Positions 49,101 to 63,618 of a DNA stretch of 64,000 bases are shown here, in pieces. Below the pieces are notes generated by a model. The model made no database searches. It was not told the origin of the DNA and saw nothing but the letters and a program-made list of their open reading frames with translations. The position numbers and the translations under genes are program-made. The stretch comes from Ophelia neglecta (Eukaryota), in contig OZ260662.1 in NCBI GenBank assembly GCA_965285935.1, forward strand, positions 86,118,001 to 86,182,000, given 5' to 3'. Within the stretch, counting starts at the first letter, position 1. Every line of letters begins with the position of its first letter.

Positions 49101-52100
49101 AGTTGAATGTTGTTCCACTGTAAAGTAAGTTTGTGTCAACTTTCTACTAATCCACTGCCTGTAAAAGTAACAATATTTTGAAGTCTGCAACTTTTTTGCA
49201 GTCTGTGTAGTGAATATTAAAGCAAAATTTGCTTTTTGGATTTCTTATTTATTAACTTTGTCTTAGAAATCAGGACTGTGTATGGAAATCTACATTTATT
49301 CAAGCATATCTTTATGTGCATAATACATGTATGTAAAAAACCCAAGAAATAAACTCCAGTGATGCAGATATTTAAATATGCATGAAGGTTTTTATAAATG
49401 GAAGCCCATGGACCTGGAAGGCAAATATCTTTCATAGATGGAGGTTAAATGGTTTTAGGAGCTTGTGTTCCAAGCAGCTACTAGACAGATTGTCTGATTT
49501 GTTATTTAAATCCTGTTTGTAAAGGACTCAGCTAAGGGCTGAGAAGGATGAGGTCCTTAGAAATCAAACACTCAAACAGCAAATTAATGGAAATCCTGGG
49601 CCGTTATCGTTTTGTGTTTCTAATTGATTTGTGTTTGGCTCATGGCTTTAGAAGTTTCACTGGATGACCAGATTAAAAACTCTTTTGATTTTAGTTCAGA
49701 AGCCCAATATTTAACCTGTGCCAAGCAGAAAGACTGAGTCCTAGAGATCTGGCACCAGGAGATTGTAACTTGATGAAGGCTCCATAATCTTAGTGCCGAA
49801 GGATAGGGAAAGATAGGACTTAAAACTGGCGACAGGCTTTATCACAGTCTTCATCACATGAGGTACCACAAACATTTGTGCCAGAAACACTTGTTGAGTG
49901 GGGAGTCACTGTAGTACTGGCCTGTCTTTGATGAATGAAGTGTCCACAGTCAGGATTTTAAACTTCATGGACTTATATGATAGGTAAGTTGGTTGTATGG
50001 TTTTCTTTTCAAATAGCAATTGTGCTATTTTGTTTCCATTATTTGAAAGAATTCATATGCATTGACAGCTATCAAGATTTAATATTTTTTAAATAAGTCT
50101 CAATTCATCATGTGAGACGTTATCACTTAGTCATCTGTTACAGCGCTCAGTCTGCCAAATGACCGGCATTAATTCTTGCTTACAAACTCATTTCCCTGCC
50201 CAGCCAGGCTGAAAACAGCTCATCATGTCTGGCCAGTCTTATCTGGATGGCATGCGTCTCACCCTCTGTCTCATGTTTAAAAGTGATGTCCCCAACTTCA
50301 TGGTTCTGCAGACCTCTAATTACAAGCAGGACAACTGTCAAGGATTTGAACAAATTAGGCATGCGGCCTGTGCTGTCTCTGGTTTGATACTACTTTTGAC
50401 AGAGAGAGGGACAGACAGCTGGAATTTCCTAAACCCCTTGCTCTCTTTGGTTGTTGATAAAGATCATCATATATTGCCTTTGTGCTACAGAAATGCTTTT
50501 AGTATATCTATTGGCAAAATAAATTTGGCACCCCCTGTGAAATGTAGTTTTAGTGAGTGAGGGATGATCAATTGTTAAAGGTTGAAGCACTAAATATGCA
50601 TGTGCCTAAAATATATCACCACTCCAGTTGAAAAATATTTCAGAATGTTGCCTCTCTTCGGGCAGTCTTTTATTGGGGTTTGCTTTGCATATTAGCCAAA
50701 GTTTAATGGCAAAAATACATTTATGAACCATTTATTAGATTAATCACTGGAAAATTGTATAAATTTTGTTTCCCCAGGATACAAGTTGTGAGACTGGACA
50801 GACCTTTGTGTGTGTTGGTCACCTGATGCTTGGCTCCCCGGGCTATGGCACTGTTGTGCCCCTGGAGATAACCCTATGCCCCCCCCCCGAATATTAACAC
50901 CAAGACCCCTGCATCTCTGATATATATTGAGAATGAGGGTGGTCTAAATATAGAAGAAAAACATATCATAGAATACATAAATTGAGTGAAAATGATATTG
51001 TTCAGCAGTTTCATATTTCTTTTGATGAGTGATTGGGTTTGGCTTCTAATGGGTCAGTTATTATACTGCCATGTGGCACATCGGTTCATGTGATATTTTA
51101 GCCAGAAGATGATATTTCACTGAGTTGACCACCTAGCATGCCTAGATGATATTTCTCATCAACTAAATGACAACTGCCTTGTTATAAATTGAATCAAACT
51201 TTCTTTGTTAAATTCATCAAATTTGGTCTTTTTAAACTATTAAAATGGGAGAGTGCACACCTAGGCCAGTGTGTTGATATAGGTGGTATTATTAATCAGC
51301 TACACACCTGTGTTTGCTCTCCTGATGAGTTCCTATTATCACAGCAATCTGACATTTTTAATCCCCTTAGAAGAAGGTCATCCTTTAACTGCTGGACTTG
51401 GGAGGTAGAGCTCCCAAATCATCCATTGTTCTTTTACAAATTACATGTTATGCCATCAAGGTGGACCCATATTTATCTAGCGCCCTAACCAAGCTAACGG
51501 ACATGGATTTCATTTAACATGTACATAGCACTTCGTGCATGCTAATGAGTTCCTCTTCAACACTAATGGTCAAAATCTTAGCCAGGCCCTCTTCAAATCT
51601 GAAGAGAAGGTGAGAGAGAAATTTGAGAAAGCTCTCGTAAGCTATGTTTATCAGTGTATTGGTATAAAATTTCAGTTAGCCTTGGGTTGTATTTGGTTAG
51701 AGCTACTGGCTACTGATTTCAAGTGAAGAATATACAGAACTATTCAGGGGAAGTCTTTGTAAGAAACTTAGCCATGGTCAGAAATATGAGTTATGTATTT
51801 ATACAGACCTAGAGAGGGGTGAATATGACAGAGGGGAGGACAGAGAAAGGTAACCCCTGGGGATTTCATCTTAACAGGGCTAGACTTGTAGCAGAAATAC
51901 TGTAGGTAGCACTACATTCTCTTTCATTTACAGAGAGCCACTGAGAAGTAGAAAGGTGATAGCTATAAACCGTCAGCGTGTGATGTAGGTACAATAGTAC
52001 CTCGTGACAACCTGTCCAGGTAAGACAGTACATGTATTACCACCTCTACCCCTGCTCTACTGTTACATCACTCAGTGTGTAACTCAGTCTCACCACACCA

Positions 52101-55100
52101 CCTGTTATCACCTGTAGCTTAATAACAGAGACAAGAGGACCCTATAGGAACATCCTACCATGGTTCTATCTCTCTTGCATGTTACTTTAAGGCACACTCC
52201 ACACAGGAGTCTTGAATATAGAACAAGACAGAAGGTAATTAAAAAAGTATTTTGTCATTTATAAACACCATCACATGCAACTTAATTAAATGTGGTGTGA
52301 AAAATAACATTTCATTTTCAAACCTTCTTGTTTGTTCCATCCCATGCACATGTTACCTCCATAGTACATGTAAACTATGTTTCACCTCTGGCTCCGTCTG
52401 CACGCACACTGATTCAAATGACATGCATGAGAATGATTGTAGTTTATACCCGAGTGACCTTATATTACTAGCAATTATATCTGGTAACATTATCATTGTC
52501 GGAGATGATCACTTAACAATGACAGAGGTGGCCCAATTATGTCCTATTTGATCATGATGTATATCACCATGGTGAGGGCCTGTCACGCAATCCCACCTTG
52601 GTGTGCTTGAAGTTAACAATATACGAAGGCAACTGGATTACCTGAAATTAGAAGTCCCACCCCAGAGGTTCTTTACCTCCATAATAGAACCACATTTGTC
52701 AAAACTGTTTAGTTCTGATTCAAATTTGGATGTATATTATGTTCCAACATTGTATAGTCCTACGAGATGCGACATAGATGCATTGTATACTAGTAGACTC
52801 TGTCTAAGTAACTTCATACTTTCGAGTCTTCTCTACCACCGGCTAATACGAGGAACACAGTTCATTTTAAGTCTTCTAGGTGAGTTTTAAGTTAAATTTT
52901 CCATTTATCAAGAGCAAATCAGGCTACAGGTATTTAAGAGGCTTTTTTTTATATAAAAGAAACATCTTGCAATGGCAATCACTTATGTTTTGTATTGGAT
53001 TACATAAAGGGATGCATAAAACATTCTTATCAAGATAATAGAATTGGTAGGGTACAAGCTATTCATACATGCTATTCCAGGATATACATGTGATTATACA
53101 CCTCATAGAAAAATGTTCATCCTGTGTAAATTCTGTCTCTACTAGAAAATTTAACAGATATAAGAGTTTGGTAATTCAAGCAGTATTAAGTGGTTATCCT
53201 TTAGGTCCTGAGGGTGACTGTAGGTGTATATTTATTAAGATTGCCATCAGTTTTACCACTTTCATTAGCTTTGAGTACCTCACACTCATTGTAAAACCTA
53301 AGTGTGAATTTTCTACCTTCAACCACCTCCAATATAGCACTACAGGCTTTAACCGTCTCTCCCTGAGGCTGTGCGATATTTATTGTATTAAACTCTTAGC
53401 CCAGTTTCATTGCTCCCTCTTCCTTCTCTCCGCTTTAATTGTCAATTGCCTTTTAGGCAGAAAGTACCTGAGTGTGGGGTTCAATTCAGAGACTTGTGGT
53501 GGTCGGTGGACTGTTGGACTAATTGTACGGTATGGAGGATTGACTTTCTGTTTCTGTCCCGAGGCCAGAATTTGAATCTGTTGATTTGATGTCTTACCAG
53601 GACAGATGTACATGCACATCAAGCTCACATATCCTAATGTGAACTAAGTGCTACCCTCCTTACAAGATGTGTGCAATTCACAATTATTATGCTAATTGAT
53701 ACACCTTTAGTTGAATTGTTTGTGTTTAAATGACAACATGTGACATATGGGGTGCATTCCTAACTGCCACTTGTCAACAGTTGACTCAATTTCAGCAAAA
53801 TAAGTTTGAAAAAACTGGAAATATTAGTTATAGAGTCACAAACTCTATAGTAACATATTGTATACAATTCATTATTGATTTATAATTCTTGATTACATAC
53901 TGGCACAATGTTTCAATGTATATTTTATTGTAACTTCACCAGTGTGCCTTAACTTGTTGCTTCACATTGCCCAGTGCCAGATTTGATCAACACTTGTCTG
54001 TATGTGTGAGGGCAACGAGGAAAACAGTAGTGAAAGGCTTGCAGAATAAACTTCTTAACTAAAGTGCTACAGTTAGCTATGTTAAAGTAAGAGTATGGCT
54101 AATTGTGTAATTTTGTTTCACAATTTTATTTTCTCCATTATAGATGTGACCATCTCTATTGACCAAGTTGGTTCTTCTTTCAATACTTTGGACTGCTCTG
54201 TTTAAAGTGCTGGGTCTATCTTCAAATGGACCAGCACAAAAAGGCCAGCTTCAATGTTTTAATGAGACCCACTGATAAATTTGTCCTAACCTACAATGCT
54301 GCCTTGGGAAATTCACAATTGAAAGCACTCAGAAGGCAAGAGCCTGTCTGTGTGACATAATATTAGGTGAATCTTCTAGTTGTCTTGTTATTGCCATAGT
54401 TTTCTTGTCAGATACAGATCAACTGAACAGCAGCTAATTAGATACAAGAATAGAGTAAAAAGCATGCAGTGCATTCCTTGTACTCTAACAATGTGGTTAA
54501 AAGCCTTAAATGAGCTTGGGATGGTTTGATGTCAGATGAAAATGCACAACAAGTATTTTGAAAAAGTTGAAGATTGTCCCTGTAATAACAAATGTTGTAA
54601 TGTGTGGTCCAGTCAGCCATTTAAACATCATTCACCCTCTGACAGATCAGTGGTAGGTTTGAAAAAGCCTGTGACTTGAGGGGGGGGGGGTCATGTGACC
54701 AGACTGCCCCCAGAGTGGAGGAGGGTGTGTCTGGGCACCATCCCACTCCCACACCTGGTCACAATGGCCACGGTGGAATTCTCCACCATCAGGTGTTGTC
54801 TCTACAGATCTTAACAAATGACATTATAATACCTCACACCTGAGATCTCATCAAATCTAGAAACTCCCTTCACAACTTCACAATTTCTTTTCAATGAAAA
54901 TTTGAATTTTGTTTTCACCTGGTTGAAATCTAGCCTAGTCCCACTGGCATAACTCTTACCTCTGAGAATTGTGTTATTCTGGAATGAGTCACAGTTGATG
55001 GAGAAAGACAGGCTCTATAATACACATTTGGGACTACATATCAGCATTGATTTTGACCATTCAGTTTGCACTTTTGTGGAGGTAACTGTTGCACTTTAAT

Positions 55101-58100
55101 GAGTTTTACCTGATCATGTTTAGACTGGGTGAAGCTAGCTCATTCACAAGGTATTTGCTGTTGGGTATCGTATGTTTCATTTGAATGTCTTTGATCTTTT
55201 GAAAGTTAAAGGTGAAAACGTGTCATTAATGCTGGACCTCCTTTAAGAGGTCTCTTCCTCAAAATGGTAATCCATGCTATTTATTTCAAGTATTTGAACT
55301 CAAATCCTTTAATTTGGGAAGGCAGCCTGGTTTAATACCTTATTATGTAGCTCCATCCACTCCTGATCATGTTCAGTGTGTACTGGTCCTCATGGTAGCT
55401 GTCCAAGTTGTCTCCGCTGTACAAGTGAACAGAGACAAACCTTCTCCATATTGAAGAGTGTAGGAGAGAGCCGGCCGTTTACATAACGAGGTTGGCTGAC
55501 AATACCAGGATGCCTTTGATGTTTGTTGATTGTCCAGGTAGCCAGAGGCGGCTAGGAGGGCCAGACTAGTTGACCAACCATACATCCAGAGAGGAGGACA
55601 TTTAATAACATCAGTCTACAGATAGAAACAAGCTTGGTACAAGAGGGAAGTCAAGCACAAAGCTATAATTTGTCTGCTTTCTGTAGTCAGTCCAGGGTGA
55701 TTGTGTGTGGCAGTGCTGGGGGTCAAAAGCTGATGTTTTTTGGCATCCTGTAGTGCTAATTGGAGGTGCCTTTAGCCCTGTGTGGACCCAGTCAATAGAC
55801 TACCAGGCCAGTCCCTGGCAGTGGACACAACCTTCTACCAATTGACAACATCTCACAGTAGGTGGACACTTTACTTTCTATGAGATCTTTTCTCAGTCTT
55901 TGGTGGTACCTCTCGTTTTGATTAAGCGAATGACATGGCCAGGTATATTCCTGATTTGTGTCCATGCTGAGTACCCTTTTGATGCAAGCCACAACCAAAT
56001 TGACCATAGGCAATGTCTGTTAGTTGGGATGCTGGCTGTTGGGCCTCTAGTGACATTTAAAACAAATCTTGGAGGATTTAAGGATGTTTACTTTCAGGTA
56101 GGTCTACCATCTACTGCTATATGTCCCAAAATAACCTGTCTTGAATAGTTATTTTGGCATAAATGACACATATTTACAAATTAACATAGGCGGTATAACT
56201 GGACATTTCTCAAGATGTGACCATGTTGATGTTCTAGATGTATAGACTGGAACAAACTATAAACATATTGTTATCAGCTTTAACATTGATTTCCTGAGTT
56301 ACATGTATGTTATTGCTCTCCTTCCCCTCCTCCCCCCCCCCCCCCCCACAAGTTTGTATTTGTATTTTCAAAGCTAAGTGCCTGAAGGGTGAGATATGAT
56401 ATCAGAGATACACACTTGTGATTGTAGAATTGTGTGCTGAATGTGCTGGTAAATTTCTTGCCTGAAGTGAGGGAGTTATCTATAAAACTGATAAAATTCA
56501 CCTGAAAGGAATGAACAGACATGCTGTCCACCAGCTGGTAGGTCAGGGGACTACTGGCCTAGCTGGTAGGTCAGGAGACAGGCCGAATGTCACTGACATT
56601 AATCTAAACTAAATTGACTAAAACTTGTAGTCAACTCATCACAATGACGAGCACTACATATCTATGAAAATTTGAAAAGCATCTGCGACTTTTCTTATTG
56701 ATAGCTTAGTGATTTCACTGATATAGGCAATGCAGTGGTCATCTTAGTTTCAAATCTATTGTTATCATGTATCAGTTTATTTGATGGAAATTACAGAGCC
56801 AGAAACCATTGAAATAGACAATTGTCCAGCCGCCTTTTGACCATATGCCAAGTGAGACACTTTTGACATGATATGTGTGGCAGAAGAATAAAGTTGGGCA
56901 CGAGTCAGGCAGGTGTGTTCCATTATACATTGTACCCGCTGACCATAAAGAATTGTACTGAATGCTCGATGAAATTCCAATATCTTTAATTTTGGGATTG
57001 CAGATGACTTCTGCCAGATCCCGCCCTCTGTCAAAGGGCCCAGCCCTCTAGTGTCCTCCACTGGAAACTCATCAATGAAACTTTGATAGGATTCGTGTGC
57101 CTCTGTTTGTTCTTTTGGCAAACGCTGCATTTATTATTTTCATAGGGGCCACCAAGTGCTGTGATAAATTGTCGATATTTTACTTTAATGTCATATAATA
57201 TCTGAGAAGTTTATCTTGAGGGCACTTCACTACTGGAGATAGGTGGTCTTATTGGTCAGGTGTGGCTGTAACAGGTGAATGTCAACTAATAAAACATGGA
57301 ATATCAAGTTTTCTGATGAAAGCATTATAATTTGCCCATGGTAGAGACCTAAAGGTTGCCTGATGACAAGAGAGGGCTATATGGGTTCCTCGGCAACAGG
57401 TTGTTTGATCTCAGTGACTGGTAGATATGTGTACATGTAATAATCTCTAGTTTTCCTGCAGAATCTATCTAGCATGTTGTAGTGTGCTTGGTTTAATGCA
57501 CACTGTCAATAGTTGACCAGCATACATAGTTTGGCTTTTCCATAATTTCATAAAACTCTAAGCCATCAAAAATGTCAACTCCGATCATTAACTGGCAGAC
57601 ATGAAACTCTTTGAATATAAAAGTGTCCTGTCAATCTATTATACTGGCACTCATCTCTATCAACATCTGTTATGAATCACAATTTTACCAGCCAGGTTTG
57701 TGTTGTGTTGAGTCAGCAGGCTGTAATCATATTAATGTCTTGATAGTGAGGAGCTGTCATAGACATGTATATGATACTACTGGTGCCAGCACCTCAATGC
57801 AGCAAGACTGGAGGAGATATCGCGGGTGATAAGGAGATAGGGTAGAGATGTACCTGTAGATAACCCACACATCAAAGGGGTTGTTTGTGTCCTCACCCCC
57901 AGGTAGGACATTGGACGCTGGTCAAACTATTTACTTTCCCTCAGTATGGGATTGTTTGCTGAGAATTTGCAATTCATGTTCCTCAGTAAAATAAACTATT
58001 ATCACAATTGCTTGTCAGCATACATGTCTGAAATATTTTCAAATCTGATAGGTAATTTGTCATATAATTGTATACAAATTGTTTTAGAATCATGCAGCAA

Positions 58101-61100
58101 TATTATAAAGTGCAAAAATTAAACTTGTTCAATGTTCTTGCATCCCCAATAATTTTCATTGAGTAAGGGTAGTCTAAAGTAACACACCATCATACTACGG
58201 GACATGTTAAATTATATATTACAGTTTTCAAATTCAAACTTGGGGGTGTTGGTCTTCTCTTCTTACAGGTATCCTAAGCAGTTTACCCACACAAAACATG
58301 GCTGAAAGAATATCTCTGTCCATTGTCAGATCACAATGCAGGGGCGCTCCGATTAAATATCATATTTGGTCATTAGACTGTGGAGTTTTGTGTGAAGACT
58401 GGCAGTGACCAGAAGTCAGCAACACTGGGGTTGTAGGGCGGTGGTACGCCCTGTAGGGGGTTATTACAGGGGACCAAGGGGGTTATTATGACTAACCAGG
58501 GCAATGGGGTTCCTCAGCAACAGGTTGTGTTATCTCAGAGAAGGTTGGTACAGGTGCATGTTATAGTCAGTGAGGACATATTGATTGTAGGGTCAGAGTG
58601 AGAGGCTATATATGTGTAAGAAGCTGATTTTGTGCCAGGTGAGTCTTTCTAAATACTATACAGTTAAATATATCATACTAAGCAGGCAGCATCAAATATA
58701 ATATTTAAATAGCCAGTACAATTCCATCCTTCAGACTTTTGTCAGGCCATGACTCTGCATGCCTGTCGTGATGTGGAGAACTCAGTGTTTAAGTTCCCAA
58801 ACAATAGCAAGAATAGCCAAAGAATACTGAAGAATAATTGTGTGGGGTATATGGGGTTCCATGCTCATTGGAACCCCAGGGAGCTTATAAGTAGGAATTA
58901 ATCAAAGGATTTCGTGTGAACCGGACATGTACAAACGTATGGAACAGAGAGTGAACATGCGGTCAAGAATGAGTGAATTTAAAACACATAGGGCTTTGAA
59001 GAACTTGACCTGTCCAGTAATTGTCAAGTATGGACTAAGAGGGCAATGAGATGATTAAAATATCTCCAGTTTAAATTTGAATTTCCACAATGGTATGTGT
59101 CCACATGAGTTCGTTACTTAAATTCATGGTTCATAGGTATTTCTGGTTTTGAATCTTCCTTTGAACAATAACTTATGGCTGAGCTGTTTAAGTTTGGGGT
59201 ATTAACATGCTTTATAGGGCGTCCACATGGGAAAGCAGAACTATAACGAGGACATGCATGCATGTAAAACATGATATTCTCATTCAGTTTGTCATTGTGT
59301 TTACCAGCACTGGATGTCAACTTTATAATAGATCTGATCACATCCTCATTGTAGGCAGAAAATCCATTGTATCCATGACCAATGTCTCAGTGGTTGTTAA
59401 AAAGCAGATATAGAAATAGTATACTAAGTACCAGTAGCTGTGATCTTCTGCTTAAATGAATTCTTTCAATTTAATAAACAAGGCAATACCTGGTTTGTAT
59501 ATTGGTAATCAGGTATGCCTGTGTCTGTGGTTCATGGGAATTACCTGTGTGGTTTGGGACAGAGCGTATCATTGTCTTCATTACCTGTATCACTATTTAG
59601 ATAATGATTTCAGGCTATGAGATTAAGACTTGTTGATGTTATTATCATCTTGATTATCATTATAACTGACAGGTCCATAATAACTCTACTATGACAGTGT
59701 ATGAGGACTTTCGATGTGACTTTGAGCCACATGTTGTTTCCTTAATCCTGCACCTCTCCCATGCCGTCTTTCAATGACATTCCAAATACAAAAATAAACA
59801 GATCTAGTGATTGTTGACTGGAAGAATGTCTTGTTATCCCACTACACAAACAAGCCACCTTACTGGAGAGGCCCTGTATAAACCAGAGGTAAACTAAAGG
59901 TAGACTGGAAGATGTGACCTTGACTTTGAACCCAGGGGCGTCACCTCATGCAGATAACAATCATAATTTTGTTATCATGGCAAAAATTAATAAAATCTTC
60001 ATAAATATACTGCTAGTAATTGGTGAAGTCAGTGTTTTAAATCACCAGTGATAGACTGGATTCCATTTTGATAGGATCATCCTTACTTTAACAGGTAGGG
60101 TAAAATGTTCCATTGTTTTCAGTGTCTCCTTTGAGTGCATTGATATCTTAATTATTACTACATGAATCAACATTATGTTGGGAAGTGTTACTGTATGAGT
60201 TTACTGACATTAACATTTTCAACTCTCCTGTAGGATCACATATTTCTGCCATTTATTACATCATGTAATATGTATTTTCAACAAGCTACTTATATAAATA
60301 TATGTATACATCTCTTTTATCATAGACTAAGTTGTATAGCTTTGACAGGTTCACCTAGACTACACCAGAGGGGTGTGTGGGGTGGGTGTAGCTATATTGA
60401 TTTATGGAGGCAGTGCCTAAGGTTCAAACCAAGCTAAACAATACAAGAATCAATAGTTTGTGGTTTGTCTTTTATCAGTTTTCCCAAAGGCAAGGTATCA
60501 TTTTAAAATACTGCACACAAAGCAGTAAATTACAATGTGTGAGGTGTCATTTAAAAATGACTGGCTTCTAATGATAGGGACTTGGGAAAGTTTGAATTTT
60601 CTGAAGATTCTGAAGAATGTTTGATAATAATTGGATAGTTATTATGTGTTAATAAATTGAATGGTGGACTGGCAATCATATTGTAGGTAGTACTGGTTTG
60701 GTTTGAATTTGTATGAATGAAATATGACCCGGTTGAAGACATTTAATTAAACAATCTTAAGATCACTTCTGATATTTTAGCTGTGGATCCTGTGGCCTTG
60801 TATCATAGAAAGTTGGTGTGGTTCCCATAATTAGCAGTGATTTTGACCACTGTGCTGTCAGTTCATATTAGGGCTCCTTTTGAATGTTATCTACTGGGGA
60901 AGGGGGTAATGGAGGGTTACCACAGAACAAGTCATCCTGATGAGACAAAGTGACATCACTGGGGGACATCACTGTCACCTCTGACCTGGGACATTCCACG
61001 GGCTGTAGTTTCTCAGATTAGGCAAGGGGAGGCTTAGAGCAACAAAGCTGTGAAAACACTCAGAACTTTCTGCAGCTCATCCTTAGTGGACATTGCCTGC

Positions 61101-63483
61101 ATTTAGTGAATACCTAAGACCCATTACTTTTTGTTGGATTGAATTGGGGTTGTTCAGGTGACAAGCCTTATCCAGGTAATGTTTCATATTTTTGGGAGGG
61201 CATGTCAGTCTTTAGTTGTTGATATTATGGCAGTTGTGAACTTGTCTTACCTTATGCGGTGGTTCAATTTCCACAGTTAACAATCTTAAAAATAAGTGTC
61301 TGGTATTATGAAAGCATTAACATTGTAAGTGTGGATGATCACTGGTAATGTGTGGATGTTTGCAAGAACCTGACTGGATAATCTTGGTACAAAGTGTTGT
61401 CATGCTTTCAGACACTTTTCAAATATATTTGCACTGTTTAAATGGACTTCATTTGAACACTGTTTATAAAGATGGGTGGTCTGGGCTAGTATTAAACAAA
61501 GATTTTGATTTATATGGCAGAATGATTGGTAACTACATTCATGTTACCCCAGGAGTTAACTGTTTAATACCAAACTAATAGACTTCTGTGAACAACTGGC
61601 TGTTGCTCTCTCCTGTTTTCAGCAGGCATTCGTTTCCATTTTGAACTTCTTTATAAAATTTGATTACTAGATGGCCAGGAGTCTCAGACTATCAAGGCAG
61701 CTTGTGATTATTGTTCTGAACCACCTTAGTGGGAAGCAGGGAGTTGTTTGAGATGATGGATCATGGGTAGGCAGAGAGAAGCGATATTTGTTTGCAATTA
61801 GGCTAATGAGAATGAAAGTTAATATACACGGCTCATTAAGTTTGCTATAGAAGAGGCACCATGTATGCACTTGCATTAAACAAATTGCTGAAGAAAGCAT
61901 TTTAGGATCTGCCTGTCACTGAAAATACAATGAAATGATGTATGGAGATGACTGCAGGAGTTGCCAAACAACCCTGAAGACTGCCTTGATTGTAGGGGGG
62001 ACAGATAGGGATGAAGGTCTGATGTCAAATTAGGACTGGTCTTCAAGACTATTGTAACTGAAAACTGGTTCATTTAGACATTGTGTGGGGAAAGTCGATC
62101 AGAAATAGAACCATTCTCTGCCAATTTTAAACTCTGAAAATGAATAAGTGCAATTGTATGGTTCTCAATTGTATTTATTCAAAGGCAAGTTTGTGAATAT
62201 AGTATCACCAGTTTGATATATATGGCTGGACTATTCAATGGGTGCAAAATTTTATCTGATTTAGCTGTCTTGTGGAAGCTTGGTCTACATATTTATACCA
62301 CAGCACCTCCCAGTTCAATTTTTAATTATATATAAATACACAAAGATCGTGGCCTCAATTAAACCTAGGTTGAATGTATATCAATTTATTAGTTATCATA
62401 AAGGCCAGTTAGTGGATGCCGGTAGGGTCTGTTTGCATACCAAGACAGTTCCTCTGGCCAAATTGATGGTTTTTATCACCAGGTTACCCACCCCTTTTTT
62501 GTGTAAATGGAGTCATGAAACAATTCATTCATCATCAAATGCATCTTAATGTGTCTCACTGACATCTAGCAATATCTCTTCTTTATTATGGTTAATGAAA
62601 GGTAGAATGATTTTTTGCAGAGCTCTTGAAACAGTGTCTTTAATCTGGTCTCCTAGCTTTCATAATGTTAAGTTCTTGGTCCATGCATGGTTTTATGATT
62701 GTTCCTATAGTAATGATTGTAAAAATTTTGTAATGTAAGCTAATTGTTTACATTTTCTGTTCATTTACTAAACAATAATGCACCTAAAGACATGTGCCCT
62801 GGTATGTCTGTCCAATAAGGCAAAAATAAGAGTCAGTCAGTTACTGGCCATGTATGTTTTGCCAGGCCCTGGTTTTGCCCCTTGTTCCTGCCTGCCCATA
62901 CCTTGATATCTTCAGCCCCTGTGATCAGAGGTTGTATACATGGTATAGGGAGCATGTGTGGGGAGGAGCATCCCACAGAGCGTGACTGCCCTAGACACAA
63001 GCACTGCCTACAATCTACTGATCAAGTCATTTTCTCTTCCAGTAAAAACTGACCTGACCAACTCAGATTTGTGATCAGATTCAATAGACACAAGCATAGC
63101 TCAGCATTGGGAGAGAGGGACCGCAGCATAAAAACAGTCTTGGTGAGTAATTTATTACTTTTTTACAACTATTAAAGATAAACATTTTTTAATAGCAGAG
63201 AAATTCATTTGTCATGCCTCAATGCAAGGCAGCCTGGCAAAGTGAACACAGTTTATAATCAATTTCATACCTAAACAACCACCTCATTGAAACTGTCAGA
63301 AACACTTTAACTGAAATTTGCTAGAAGAATGGGGCAGTCTTTCTCCTGTTTTGTTTAGACTATCGATAATATATCTTCTAAACAGTTTCTATACAGTCAT
63401 AGGTCTCACTCGTGAATTTTTTCTATTCTTAATCTGAAGGAAACTTTAATTGAAAATAACAATGTTCTTTTGGTATTTTTCAG

Positions 63484-63618
63484 TTATTTGTCAAAAGAAG
63501 TTGGAATACAGTACAAGGATTGTTACTAGCAATTTGATTGAAGTTTGAAATAGTAATTGAAGTAATCACTGGCATGAGGCCGCTGGAACCATGTGGAAAT
63601 CTTACTCCAGTCATGTAG
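63484..63618 (+). other. Candidate exon of a + strand gene continuing past the window (possible start MWKSYSSHV-G at 63591)
   Basis: Strong acceptor TTCTTTTGGTATTTTTCAG| and donor TAG|GTAAGT; ACCATGT context; upstream donor TTG|GTGAGT at 63143. Confidence 0.4.

Noticed and set aside
52560-53630. ORFs 52603-52890 and 53069-53575 (+) and purine-rich minus-strand frames, possibly decayed mobile or viral coding DNA
   Set aside because: Frequent stops on minus, non-protein-like composition on plus, no motif I can name.
56777-57130. 117-aa ATG-initiated minus-strand ORF
   Set aside because: No domain, signal peptide or splice context; length is compatible with chance in 64 kb.
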